Shown one piece after another: positions 41,697 through 50,531 of a DNA stretch of 64,000 bases. This DNA is from an uncultured Acidobacteriota bacterium (GTDB lineage Bacteria > Acidobacteriota > Terriglobia > Acidiferrales > UBA7541). Position 1 is the first letter of the stretch, and each line of letters begins with the position of its first letter. The translations under genes were made by a program, and so were the position numbers. The stretch spans positions 3,044 to 67,043 of the forward strand of contig CAVTRV010000009.1 in the NCBI GenBank assembly GCA_963737205.1, in the 5' to 3' direction. The notes beneath the pieces are model-generated. The model saw only the letters and a list, made by a program, of their open reading frames with translations, was not told the origin of the DNA and did no database searches.

Positions 41697-43325
41697 TCAC
41701 TTGCTTTCGGGCGCGCAGACGAAATTGGCGGCGTCGTTTGTGTCGCCTGTGCCCTTGTATTTCGCGGCTAGCGGATAGGGGCACAGCGGGCGCGTCATCT
41801 TCACGCCTTTCGAGGGATCGTCGCCTATATATTTCGTCGCGATGATCGTGGAGGGCGCGACGCCTTTTTCCACCCATTCTTCGATCGCTTCCTGAGCGCT
41901 GTGCTGCGGGTCATTCGGCGCGTTGGGCTGGCGCTGCACGAATGTGTTGGCCCCGGGTCCTCCGCCGCAGTGCTGCATCCCCGGCACCATATAGAGCCGC
42001 ACGAACGATTCGGTATCGTGCAAGCTCATCTTGGCGACAACGCTATCGTAATAGTTGATGGAGTTGAGCGCCGAAATTGCCGCGTCGTTCCAGCCGTGAT
42101 AAATGATCAGCTTGCCCCCGCGAGCCTTGAACGGCGCGAGGTTAGGGTCGGCGGCATTCAAGATGCGAGCCGTTTTTTCGTCGGCTGCCTTCAGGATTTC
42201 TCCGAGGTTAGCGTCTTTGTAATTCCAATCAGCCTTTTCGTAGACGATGCCGGAAAAGTAGCCGACGCCGAAGAAGAAAAGCAGGCTCTTGCCGGGCGCG
42301 GTTCCTGTAATCCAGGGCGCCCAGCCTCCAGGACCGTCTTCCCCACCGGGCAAGTAGCCGGGAAAGATTTCGCGGCCGTGAGAATCGTGCGCGCCCGCGT
42401 AGAGCTTCTTGAGGGCGGCTAGTTGCGGGGCCGTCAGACAACTGTCGGAATCGCTCACCTTGCAGAGCAGCGTTGCCGGTTCGAAGTGGCATTTCCGCGG
42501 GTCGTTCAGGACGCCGTCCGTCACGCCGTCCTTCGCGTCGCATGCCGCATTCACCGCCTGGGCGATTGCCGGCAGGTTGCTGGCAGGGATGTAGCTGGCG
42601 GGATCCAACGTGGTCGCCTGGGCATTCGCGATCGCATTCGTCAGCAGGTGAGTCCAGTAATTGGCGGGCGCTCCGGCAATGATGCCGTCGTAGTCTGCCG
42701 GGAAGCGCTGCGCCTCCATGAGAGCTTCTCTGCCGCCGTTCGAGCAACTGACGAAATAGGAGCGCTGCGCGTTGTTGCCGTAGAACGCCTCGATCGCGGC
42801 CTTGGCGAGCTGCGTCATTTGATGGATGCCGCGGTAGCCGTAGTCGATGAGCTTTTCGGGATGCCCTGTCGCCCAAGACGCGCCGGGCACCGATGCGGAA
42901 TGGCCTGTGTCTGTGCCGGCTGTGGCGTAACCTTGAGCGAGTTCGATTCCCATCGAGTGATAATCAATCTCTCCCGCGAAGCCGCCGTTGCCCTCGCCGT
43001 GAAGTTTTCCGTTCCAGCCGGTCGCCGGCATCCAAACCTCGATCTTGATGTCGGAATCAGCGCTGGGCGTGCCAGTGATCGAAACCCTGCAGAACTTTGG
43101 AAGCGTCGCGTAGAAAGCGGCGCCGCCGCGCGGCATCCCCATCTCCGCAGCGGGAGGCGGCGTAAATGCTCCCGCTGCAACCTCCTGCGCGGCTGTGACC
43201 TTCGCGTTTGGCAACGCGAGTTGCGCGAGGCTTTCGCACGAGCGCGCTCCCGACCGCGCCTCTTGGCCGAGAGCCGCGCATGAAGTTACAGCCGCGACGA
43301 GAATCGCAACGAACATTTTGCCCAT
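41697..43325 (-). CDS. secreted tannase/feruloyl-esterase-family hydrolase
   Basis: ORF 41697..43592, started at ATG 43325 (RBS GGGAGGG; MGKMFVAILVAAVTSCAALG). YFVSCSNGGREAL matches the family G-C-S-x-G-G-R nucleophile motif. Confidence 0.8.
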   Translation of the reverse strand: MGKMFVAILVAAVTSCAALGQEARSGARSCESLAQLALPNAKVTAAQEVAAGAFTPPPAAEMGMPRGGAAFYATLPKFCRVSITGTPSADSDIKIEVWMPATGWNGKLHGEGNGGFAGEIDYHSMGIELAQGYATAGTDTGHSASVPGASWATGHPEKLIDYGYRGIHQMTQLAKAAIEAFYGNNAQRSYFVSCSNGGREALMEAQRFPADYDGIIAGAPANYWTHLLTNAIANAQATTLDPASYIPASNLPAIAQAVNAACDAKDGVTDGVLNDPRKCHFEPATLLCKVSDSDSCLTAPQLAALKKLYAGAHDSHGREIFPGYLPGGEDGPGGWAPWITGTAPGKSLLFFFGVGYFSGIVYEKADWNYKDANLGEILKAADEKTARILNAADPNLAPFKARGGKLIIYHGWNDAAISALNSINYYDSVVAKMSLHDTESFVRLYMVPGMQHCGGGPGANTFVQRQPNAPNDPQHSAQEAIEEWVEKGVAPSTIIATKYIGDDPSKGVKMTRPLCPYPLAAKYKGTGDTNDAANFVCAPESK

Positions 43326-43354
43326 GGAAACCCTCCCTATCGAACCGCCAGATT

Positions 43355-44896
43355 CTAGCGCGCTGCCCTCTCCAGGCGAAGCGCGATTCCGTCCTGAAAT
43401 TCGGGCGCTCGCAGGATTTTCGCTCCGCCGGAATGCTGGAAGCGCTCGCTTCGCTCGATCGCGCCCGTCTTCATATTGAGCCAGTCGCCGGAATATTCGC
43501 CTGCGGGCAAGTCGAGCGCGACATCGGCCGGGCCACTCCCGTCGAAATACATCGCGTACTCGCCGCCGGAGCTTGACAGCACGCGCGCGCACGTTCCTCC
43601 CGCATGCGTCACGGTGCGAGTGTCTGGCGTCATGTCAACGAGCGGCAATTTTTTCAGGAATTCGCTGAGTATTCCCAACTGGCGGCGCAGGGCCGCACTG
43701 CCTCCGCCGGGACCGTTTGGCGCGGTGTCACTGCCATCTTCGTGGCCCACCGTGAAGGAATAATCCAGGGCGTCAAACACGCTGCCGCCCGACAGCATGA
43801 AGTTCCACGCCTGGCGGCGGTAGCTATCGTCGTCTGCGCCGAGGAATCCCGTTTCGTCGTAGGCGATGGCCTTTCGCAGTCCGTAGTTCGACGACGCTGT
43901 TTCCGGAAAGGCGTAGTGAAAATTCACGATGCTGACGCCCGGAATAATGTCTTCGACGGGCAATCCGAAATCGCAGTAGTTCTGCGCGATGAGATGCTTG
44001 TTTGGCAGGGACGATTCCTCACTCGTGATCCATTGGGCTACGCGCGTTTGCCAGGCGATGGAAGCCTCGTCGGCCAGCTCGATCGAGTTTGGAAATTTGG
44101 TGCGCGCCGGCGGAAAAAGATATGGATTCACGACGTCTTTCAGCAGCGGCCGATCCGCGAATGGCTCGTTCTGAATTTCGAAGATTACATTGTCGAACTT
44201 GTTAGCTTCTCGCACGAGCTTGCGCGAGTAGCGCTCCTGATAGGCAAGAATGTTGCCGTTCGCGAGCGTGTTGACGTTCTTCCAGTCGATTGCTGTGGTC
44301 TGGTTCACATTGTTTGCCGGATTCAAGGGGCTCATCGCCCACTGCGCATCGCCATACTGCGAGGAGAACAGGCTGATTTCGACGGCGATGCCGCGATTCC
44401 CAGCCTCCGTGAGGAAATCGTCGAAACGCTTGAAATATTCCGGGTCCCACTGATCGAGATCGAACTTGTTGCCTCCGCCCGCATATCCCGCGGCGGTGCT
44501 GCGCGCCCACGGCGCCGCGAGACGGCCCGGTGCCGGGGCCAAATCGTTGCGCTGAATTCCGAACGACTTCGCGGGGACTTCCACATAGCTTCCCGGAAAC
44601 AGGCGCGTGTAGTTGAGCCCCGCGGCCTGGAGCGTCGCGAGATACCGGCGGTAATCGAAGTCGGCGTTTATCACCGCGCCGTAGTGCTCGCCGCTGGTGA
44701 TTAGCGCGACACCTTTGCCGCGAAGCAGGAAATAGTGGGGATTCCGCGGATGAAGGCGGATTGGATCGGCGCCGGCGGGATGCGCCTGGCGTCCCGCGAG
44801 CAGGAAGAATGCGAGAAATAGTGAAATGCAGATTGCTCCGCGTCTAAGCACAGTTTGTGAGCCCTTGGGCACGAGCGCGCGTCCGCCGGGGCACAT
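43355..44896 (-). CDS. secreted glycoside hydrolase, GH5-like TIM barrel
   Basis: Signal/TM segment AICISLFLAFFLLAG. VIFEIQNEP contains the NEP acid/base motif of clan GH-A. Family assignment is tentative. Confidence 0.55.
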   Translation of the reverse strand: MCPGGRALVPKGSQTVLRRGAICISLFLAFFLLAGRQAHPAGADPIRLHPRNPHYFLLRGKGVALITSGEHYGAVINADFDYRRYLATLQAAGLNYTRLFPGSYVEVPAKSFGIQRNDLAPAPGRLAAPWARSTAAGYAGGGNKFDLDQWDPEYFKRFDDFLTEAGNRGIAVEISLFSSQYGDAQWAMSPLNPANNVNQTTAIDWKNVNTLANGNILAYQERYSRKLVREANKFDNVIFEIQNEPFADRPLLKDVVNPYLFPPARTKFPNSIELADEASIAWQTRVAQWITSEESSLPNKHLIAQNYCDFGLPVEDIIPGVSIVNFHYAFPETASSNYGLRKAIAYDETGFLGADDDSYRRQAWNFMLSGGSVFDALDYSFTVGHEDGSDTAPNGPGGGSAALRRQLGILSEFLKKLPLVDMTPDTRTVTHAGGTCARVLSSSGGEYAMYFDGSGPADVALDLPAGEYSGDWLNMKTGAIERSERFQHSGGAKILRAPEFQDGIALRLERAAR

Positions 44897-44998
44897 ACTA
44901 GCGGAATAGCGCTTGGTGTTTCAAACGTGTTCGCACGCGATGTCATGCTGCGCGGCGGGATTCGATTCAGACGTGATAGAATGACTGCGAAAACATAA

Positions 44999-45080
44999 AG
45001 GCGATGGAGTTCGCCTGAACCGTCCGTCACCGGACTGATGACTCCTGGCCGCCGCTCGGCGCCAGGAGTTTTTTGTTTTT
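44999..45080 (+). promoter_or_regulatory. fluoride riboswitch (crcB RNA motif) with terminator expression platform
   Basis: AGGCGAUGGAGUUCGCCUGAACCGUCCGUCACCGGACUGAUGACUCC matches the crcB-motif aptamer: GGCGAUG..., CGCC, AAAC, CUGAUG, and pseudoknot GGAGU/ACUCC. The 3' strand overlaps the hairpin CTCCTGGC...GCCAGGAG (45042..45068), which is followed by TTTTTTGTTTTT. Confidence 0.9.
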
Positions 45081-45111
45081 GGCGCGGGCGGCGAGCGGAA
45101 ACGGAGAGACT

Positions 45112-45483
45112 GTGCGGATTGCGTTGCTGATTGTGTTTGGCATGGCGGGGACGCTGGCGCGTTACGGGCTGCAGGGCGTGGTGCAGGAGCGCACGGGCGC
45201 GACGTTTCCGTACGGAACACTTGTGGTGAACCTCCTGGGATGTTTTCTGCTGGGCGGAATCGCGCAGTATGGGCTCGCGCATTTGACGATTCCACCGGAA
45301 TGGCGCATCGGAATTACCGTCGGATTCTTCGGGGCGTTCACCACTTTTTCGACGTTCAGTTGGGAGACGGTTCGGTTGATGGAAGATGGGGAGTGGATGC
45401 GGGCGACGGCGTATGTGCTGGCGAGCGTCGCAGGCGGATTGGCGTGCATATTTTTCGGGATGCGGATCGCGGACCGGATTTGA
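45112..45483 (+). CDS. crcB: fluoride ion channel CrcB/FluC
   Basis: GTG at 45112 after GGAGAG. GTLARYGLQ...PYGTLVVNLLGCFLLG...GFFGAFTTFSTFS are CrcB signatures. Confidence 0.9.
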   Translation: MRIALLIVFGMAGTLARYGLQGVVQERTGATFPYGTLVVNLLGCFLLGGIAQYGLAHLTIPPEWRIGITVGFFGAFTTFSTFSWETVRLMEDGEWMRATAYVLASVAGGLACIFFGMRIADRI

Positions 45484-45509
45484 GAAGCGGAAGAGGGAAA
45501 ACGACAAAG

Positions 45510-45712
45510 ACTTTACCGCAGAGACGCTGAGGGCGCTGAGAACTTCAACCCGGAATTGGAAATTTCAAATTTTAAAATTTCAAAGAAAAACCAAACTCAA
45601 AGCGAAACACAGAGGGCACGGAGAAAAGCCGGAGAGCACAGAGAAAGACTAAAGATTACCGCGGAGACCCGCCTAGCGAGATGGCGGGCTAGCCGCTGAG
45701 GGCGCTGAGAGG
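45510..45712 (+). repeat. CACAGAG-type REP, copy 3 (largest)
   Basis: TTACCGCAGAGACGCTGAGGGCGCTGAGAAC...GGAAATTTCAAATTTTAAAATTTCAAAG...AACACAGAGGGCACGGAGAAAAGCCGGAGAGCACAGAGAAAGAC...GCCGCTGAGGGCGCTGAGAGG. Confidence 0.75.
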
Positions 45713-45727
45713 ATCCTGGGAGGAATT

Positions 45728-46084
45728 ATGGAGACGGGCGGCAAGCACGAGCGATTCGAGGGCGAGCGCACGCTGATGCGCATCCACATCGGCGAGTCAG
45801 ACCGGTGGCACGGCAAACCGCTGTATGAGGCGATTATCGAGGTGCTGCGGCGCGACAGTTTCAGCGGCGTGACGGTGCTGCGCGGCATGGGAGGCTACGG
45901 GTCGTCGAGCATCTACCATACCGAAAAGATTCTGCGGCTTTCGCAGGATTTGCCGATCGTGATCGAGGTGGTGGAGTTCGCCGAACGCATCGAGGCGATT
46001 CTGCCGCGGCTCGACGAAATGATCGGCGGCGGCCTGGTGACGCTCGAAAAGGTTCGCGTAATCCTGTACCGGCCCAACAAGTAG
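45728..46084 (+). CDS. DUF190 (PII-like) protein, commonly linked to crcB
   Basis: MRIHIGESDRWHGKPLYEAIIEVLRRDSFSGVTVLRGMGGYG. Confidence 0.8.
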   Translation: METGGKHERFEGERTLMRIHIGESDRWHGKPLYEAIIEVLRRDSFSGVTVLRGMGGYGSSSIYHTEKILRLSQDLPIVIEVVEFAERIEAILPRLDEMIGGGLVTLEKVRVILYRPNK

Positions 46085-46103
46085 TCTCGCCCCTTGAGCG
46101 TCC

Positions 46104-46556
46104 GTGTTCGGGGATCGAGGATTGATGGCGAATGCCCCTCGAAAAATCGAATTCAGCGAAAATCACCGGCGCGCAATCTCGATCCTGATGCGCGGCACCG
46201 AGCGCGCGTGCGACCGGATTCTCGAGTGGCTCGAGCGGCCTTCGAGCCTGATGACGGAGGTTCGCGACGACCTGACGAGCGCCGAGCGCGTGGAGCTGCG
46301 AGAACTCGTCGAAGAATTGAGAGAAGAAGTGCACGGTTTCGTTGCGAAAGCCGCGCTCGACCGATCTCCGGCTTCGCGGCGCCGCTCCGTTGCCGCAATT
46401 CTTTCCGCCGCGCTGATCGATCTGCAGGAAGTTCGCGATTCCGAACTCAAAGGCTACGGGCGGCTGCCGGCGGACGAGAAGCGCGTCCTCAACGAGCACA
46501 TTCAGCGGATGGTGCCGTTGCTCGAACGCATGCTGCATGTGGTCGAGAGCGAGTGA
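46104..46556 (+). CDS. hypothetical all-helical protein
   Basis: 150-aa ORF with sensible composition. No recognisable motif. The start may be ATG 46125. Confidence 0.45.
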   Translation: MFGDRGLMANAPRKIEFSENHRRAISILMRGTERACDRILEWLERPSSLMTEVRDDLTSAERVELRELVEELREEVHGFVAKAALDRSPASRRRSVAAILSAALIDLQEVRDSELKGYGRLPADEKRVLNEHIQRMVPLLERMLHVVESE

Positions 46557-46579
46557 CTCAGCGACTCTACGGCCGCATG

Positions 46580-47050
46580 TCAAAGGCGCGAGATGAGGCG
46601 CAGATCGAATTCGAAGTCGAGCGCGTTGCCGATTTCGATTTTGGCGAAGGCGGAGTGCTGCGGGTTCAGCAGGAAGATATGCTCGGCCGGGATGACGGCG
46701 CTGGGCAGTTCGAGAACGGGCGAAGGCTCCTCGGCAATCCACGCGTCGCCGATCGCGCGGGCGCTGGCGGGTGGCGGGCTCACGCGCCAATCCTTCGGCA
46801 GGTCGGATTTTGCGATGCGAGTGATGAGCGAGGCGTCGAAACGCGCTTCGATTACGACGTACTCGTGCAGCAAATCGGAATTTTCGAGATGGACGAGCAA
46901 TTCGAGTGCGGCCAGCGATTGTGATTGCGCGGTGTAGACCACCGAGACGCCCGGCGAATTCCAGCGTCCGCCGTAGAGCCGCGCGCCTTCCCCGCTGAAC
47001 GCGTCTTTCGCGAGTTTTCGCTTGACGATTCGCCAAGCGGACACCCTCAC
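46580..47050 (-). CDS. RES-domain toxin
   Basis: GEGARLYGGRWNSPGVSVVYTAQSQSLAALE carries the R...E...S signature. 4-nt overlap with the upstream antitoxin gene. Confidence 0.85.
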   Translation of the reverse strand: MRVSAWRIVKRKLAKDAFSGEGARLYGGRWNSPGVSVVYTAQSQSLAALELLVHLENSDLLHEYVVIEARFDASLITRIAKSDLPKDWRVSPPPASARAIGDAWIAEEPSPVLELPSAVIPAEHIFLLNPQHSAFAKIEIGNALDFEFDLRLISRL

Positions 47051-47514
47051 GTGAAGACCCCATGCTCCAGGCGGCCGATCAGGTTTTCCACTTCGCGCGC
47101 GCCCAATTCCGAACCCGCATAGGACATCGGAACTTTATCGCCGAGGGCCTTTTTCGGTTTCGTCAGCCACTCTACCGCCTCGCCAACGTTGCCTTCGAAC
47201 AGCGCCACGGCTTTCTCGAAAATGGTCGAGATGCGCAGCAACCGTTCGGATTCGTCCGGCGACAATCGCCCCGACGATTTGCGGCGGGCAAATGTGCGCT
47301 CGGGAATTTGTATCAGGGACGCGACGCTCGCGGGCGCGAATCCGGTCTCGGACGAAAAATTTTCCAGCGCTCGAAAGGAAAGCCCTCGTTGCACCGCATC
47401 GATGAGATCGTTGGTTGCGAGCGCGGAAAGACCCAGGCTTGAGCCGCGCGTGGGATAGCGCGCAAGCCGGCGGTCAGAGCGGGCGGCGGCGTTGCGTCGT
47501 GGATTGAATGCCAC
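47047..47514 (-). CDS. Xre-like/DUF2384 antitoxin (ParS/MbcA type)
   Basis: RLSPDESERLLRISTIFEKAVALFEGNVGEAVEWLTKPKKALGDKVPM is typical of the DUF2384 C-terminal domain. Confidence 0.8.
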   Translation of the reverse strand: MAFNPRRNAAARSDRRLARYPTRGSSLGLSALATNDLIDAVQRGLSFRALENFSSETGFAPASVASLIQIPERTFARRKSSGRLSPDESERLLRISTIFEKAVALFEGNVGEAVEWLTKPKKALGDKVPMSYAGSELGAREVENLIGRLEHGVFT

Positions 47515-47598
47515 GATGTGACCATAACAGAATCCCAGCCATTTGGCAACGTCTTATGTGCCATGTGGCATGTGACGAAATCGTCGAGCAGTCCATGC

Positions 47599-47844
47599 TC
47601 ATCTGCGATCCTTCCCGGCTCTTCCTGCGTCCTTCGTCAGATGCCAGGCGTCGCACCACGAGCATAGATAGGCTCGAAGTTCCTTCGGCGCGTTGGCCGT
47701 TGCGATCTGGTGCGCGGCTGTTGCCAAGGCTTCGCCTTCGGTTGCGTGCTTGCGCTTCCCGCTGACCGGACATTTTGATTCGTCGTCCACCGCGAGCCCT
47801 TTCCATTCTGTGCGACAGACCCGATCATCAGGCATTACGGCCAA
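47599..47844 (-). CDS. small hypothetical protein, possible zinc ribbon
   Basis: 81-aa ORF with CPVSGKRKH...YLCSWCDAWHLT. Weak support. Confidence 0.35.
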   Translation of the reverse strand: MAVMPDDRVCRTEWKGLAVDDESKCPVSGKRKHATEGEALATAAHQIATANAPKELRAYLCSWCDAWHLTKDAGRAGKDRR

Positions 47845-47962
47845 TCAAGCAAACGCCTGATTACCGCGGAAATCGGAAACTTAAGCAACAAGACTCGAGA
47901 TTCTCGCTTGCGTCGGCACCGACAGTCTGCTAGGTTAGCGAACAAAAAGCGAAGGAGTTCGC

Positions 47963-50420
47963 GTGCCCTCATTTCCGCTAGGACTGGCTGTTCGACCCCA
48001 AGCAACGCCTGAAAAGACGGCGCCTGAATCAGCGCTGCATGTGCCTCTAAATACAATCGAGGCGTTCCGGGACGCTCTCACCACGCTGGCGGGGCGCTAC
48101 CGCGCCGACGAGGTGCTCACCGCGGTGAAGCACATCCCTGCGCGCGAGGCGCAGTTCCGGCCGATGCCCGATTGGGTACGGCCCGAGCTTCGCGCCGCCT
48201 ATCGGGCCAAGGGCATCGAGCAGCTTTACTCGCACCAGGCGGCTGCTGCCGAACTGGCACGCGAGGCGAAGAATTTTGTGGTCGTGACGCCCACGGCTTC
48301 GGGCAAAACGCTTTGCTACAACCTGCCGATCCTGAACTCGATTCTTGAAAATCCGGATACGCGCGCGCTCTACCTCTTCCCTACCAAGGCGCTCGCGCAG
48401 GACCAGCTCGCCGAACTGCACGACCTGGCGACGCGGCTCGACGATTGCTTCGGCGTTTTCACGTACGACGGCGACACGCCCAGCGACGCGCGCAAAGCGA
48501 TTCGCGAGCGCGGGCACGTGATCCTGACGAATCCGGACATGCTGCACACCGGCATCCTGCCGCACCACACGCGCTGGACGCGCCTCTTCGAGAATTTGCG
48601 CTACATCGTGATCGACGAGCTGCACACGTATCGCGGCGTGTTCGGGAGCCATCTTGCAAATGTGCTGCGGAGGCTCGCGCGCATCGCGCAACTTTTATGG
48701 CTCGAAGCCGCAATTCATTTGCTGCTCGGCGACGATTGCGAATCCGGGCGAACTCGCGGCGCAACTGATCGAACAAGAGGTGGGCGTAGTGGATGACAAC
48801 GGCGCGCCGGCGGGCGAAAAACTGTTCGTCTTCTACAACCCGCCGATGGTGAACCGCAACCTCGGCATCCGGCGCAGCTATTTGAACGAAGCCACGCGCG
48901 TCGCGAAGGAGCTGCTCGCGCGAAAGCTGCAGACGATCGTCTTCGCGAACAGCCGCCTGCACACGGAAGTGCTGCTCACGTACTTGCAGCAGGCGAATCC
49001 GCCGAAGCCGGGCCACGCGGAACCGATTCGCGGTTATCGCGGAGGATATTTGCCGGGCGAACGGCGCGAGATCGAGCGCGGTTTGCGCGAAGGACGCATT
49101 CGCGGCGTGGTGACGACGAACGCGCTGGAGCTGGGCATCGACATCGGCTCGCTCGATGCGTGCGTGATGAGCCGGATACGCCGGCTCGATTGCTTCCACG
49201 TGGCAGCGCGCGGGCCGCGCCGGACGCCGCAACGGGAGTTCGTGCGCGGTGATGGTGGCGTCGTCGGCGCCGCTCGATCAATTCATCGTGCAGCATCCCG
49301 ACTATTTCTTCGGGCGCTCGCCCGAGCATGCGTACGTGCAGCCGGACAATCTGGAGATTCTGGTCAACCACTTGAAGTGCGCGGCGTTCGAGCTGCCGCT
49401 TTCGCCGGAGGAGAAGTTTGGCGCGGTGGCACTGCCGGAACTGTGCGAGCGGCTGAGCGAACGCGGGCTTTCTGCATCGCAGCGGCGAAAATTGGCATTG
49501 GGTGCAGGAGGCATATCCGGCGGACACGGTCAGCTTGCGGTCGGTGACGTCGGACAATTTCGTGATCATCGATGTGTCGGGCCATGGCGAGGGTGATGAA
49601 GACGGCCAGCCCGAAGTGATTGGCGAGGTGGATTTTTCGTCGGCGCTGACCACCGTGCATCCGAAGGCCATCTACATCCACCAGGGGCAGCAATATCACG
49701 TCGAGCGGCTCGATTTCGAGCAGCGCAAGGCCTACGTGAAACCGGTGAAAGTGGATTACTTCACCGACGCGATTCGCTACACGCAGGTGCGCGTGCTCGA
49801 AATAGCAGAGCGAAGAGCGCATCGCCGGTCCTGCGGCGCGGGCGCATGGCGACGTGCTGGTGCGGTCGCAGGTGGTGGGATTCAAGAAGATCAAGTTCTT
49901 CACGAATGAAAACGTGGGCGCCGGGAAACTCGAATTGCCGGAAAACGAAATGCACACCACGGCGTTCTGGATCACGCTCGAGCGAAGTTTGCTGGCCGGA
50001 TTGCCGTTCGCGATTTCGGAGCGCCAGAGCGGGATTTTCGGATTGCTGCATGCGCTGGAGTCCATGGCGACGCTGCTGCTGATGTGCGACCGGCGCGATC
50101 TGGGAACGGCGGTGGGCGAACGGCCGCCGAGCGCGGGAGTTGAAACCGAGTGGCACGAATATACGGCGGCCACCGACGATCCGCAGCAGATGAAGGAATT
50201 CTTCGAGCCGAATCTGTATCTCTACGATGCGTATCCCGGCGGAATCGGGTTCAGCGAGCCGCTCTATTGCGTGCATGATTTGCTCTTGCGCCGCACGCGC
50301 GAATTGATTGCGGCATGCCCGTGCGAAAGCGGGTGCCCTTCGTGCGTGGGGCCATTCGGAGAGAAGAGCGAGCGGGCAAAGGAAGTGGCGCTCGCGATCC
50401 TGGATCGTGTGTGCGGATAA
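47963..50420 (+). pseudogene. DEAD/DEAH-box helicase with C-terminal DUF1998 zinc domain (MrfA/YprA-like), interrupted by 4 frameshifts
   Basis: GTG 47963 after GAAGGAG. Collinear fragments at 47963, 48654, 49249, 49502 and 49854. Motifs: VVVTPTASGKT, VIDELHTY, CCSATIANP, TNALELGIDIG, and (across a shift) STWQRAGRAGRR. C-terminal CPCESGCPSCV. Each junction is explained by one extra base (near 48689, 49172, 49468, 49812). Confidence 0.85.
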
Positions 50421-50433
50421 AGCGAACTGCTTG

Positions 50434-50527
50434 CACCGCAGAGACGCAGAGGACGCTGAGAAACCCGAAAATACTTACCACAGAGGTCACAGAGGAGGAA
50501 AACATGAGGACACAGAGAAGGACGACC
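50434..50527 (+). repeat. CACAGAG-type REP, copy 4
   Basis: CACCGCAGAGACGCAGAGGACGCTGAGAAAC...CCACAGAGGTCACAGAGGAGGAAAACATGAGGACACAGAGAAGGAC. Confidence 0.75.
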
Positions 50528-50531
50528 TAGG

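Noticed and set aside
36624-45712. CACAGAG/GCTGAGG repeat clusters considered as a possible CRISPR array or minisatellite.
   Set aside because: The units are 8-12 nt, degenerate and irregularly spaced, without unique spacers of constant length and without nearby cas genes. They behave as a dispersed REP family.
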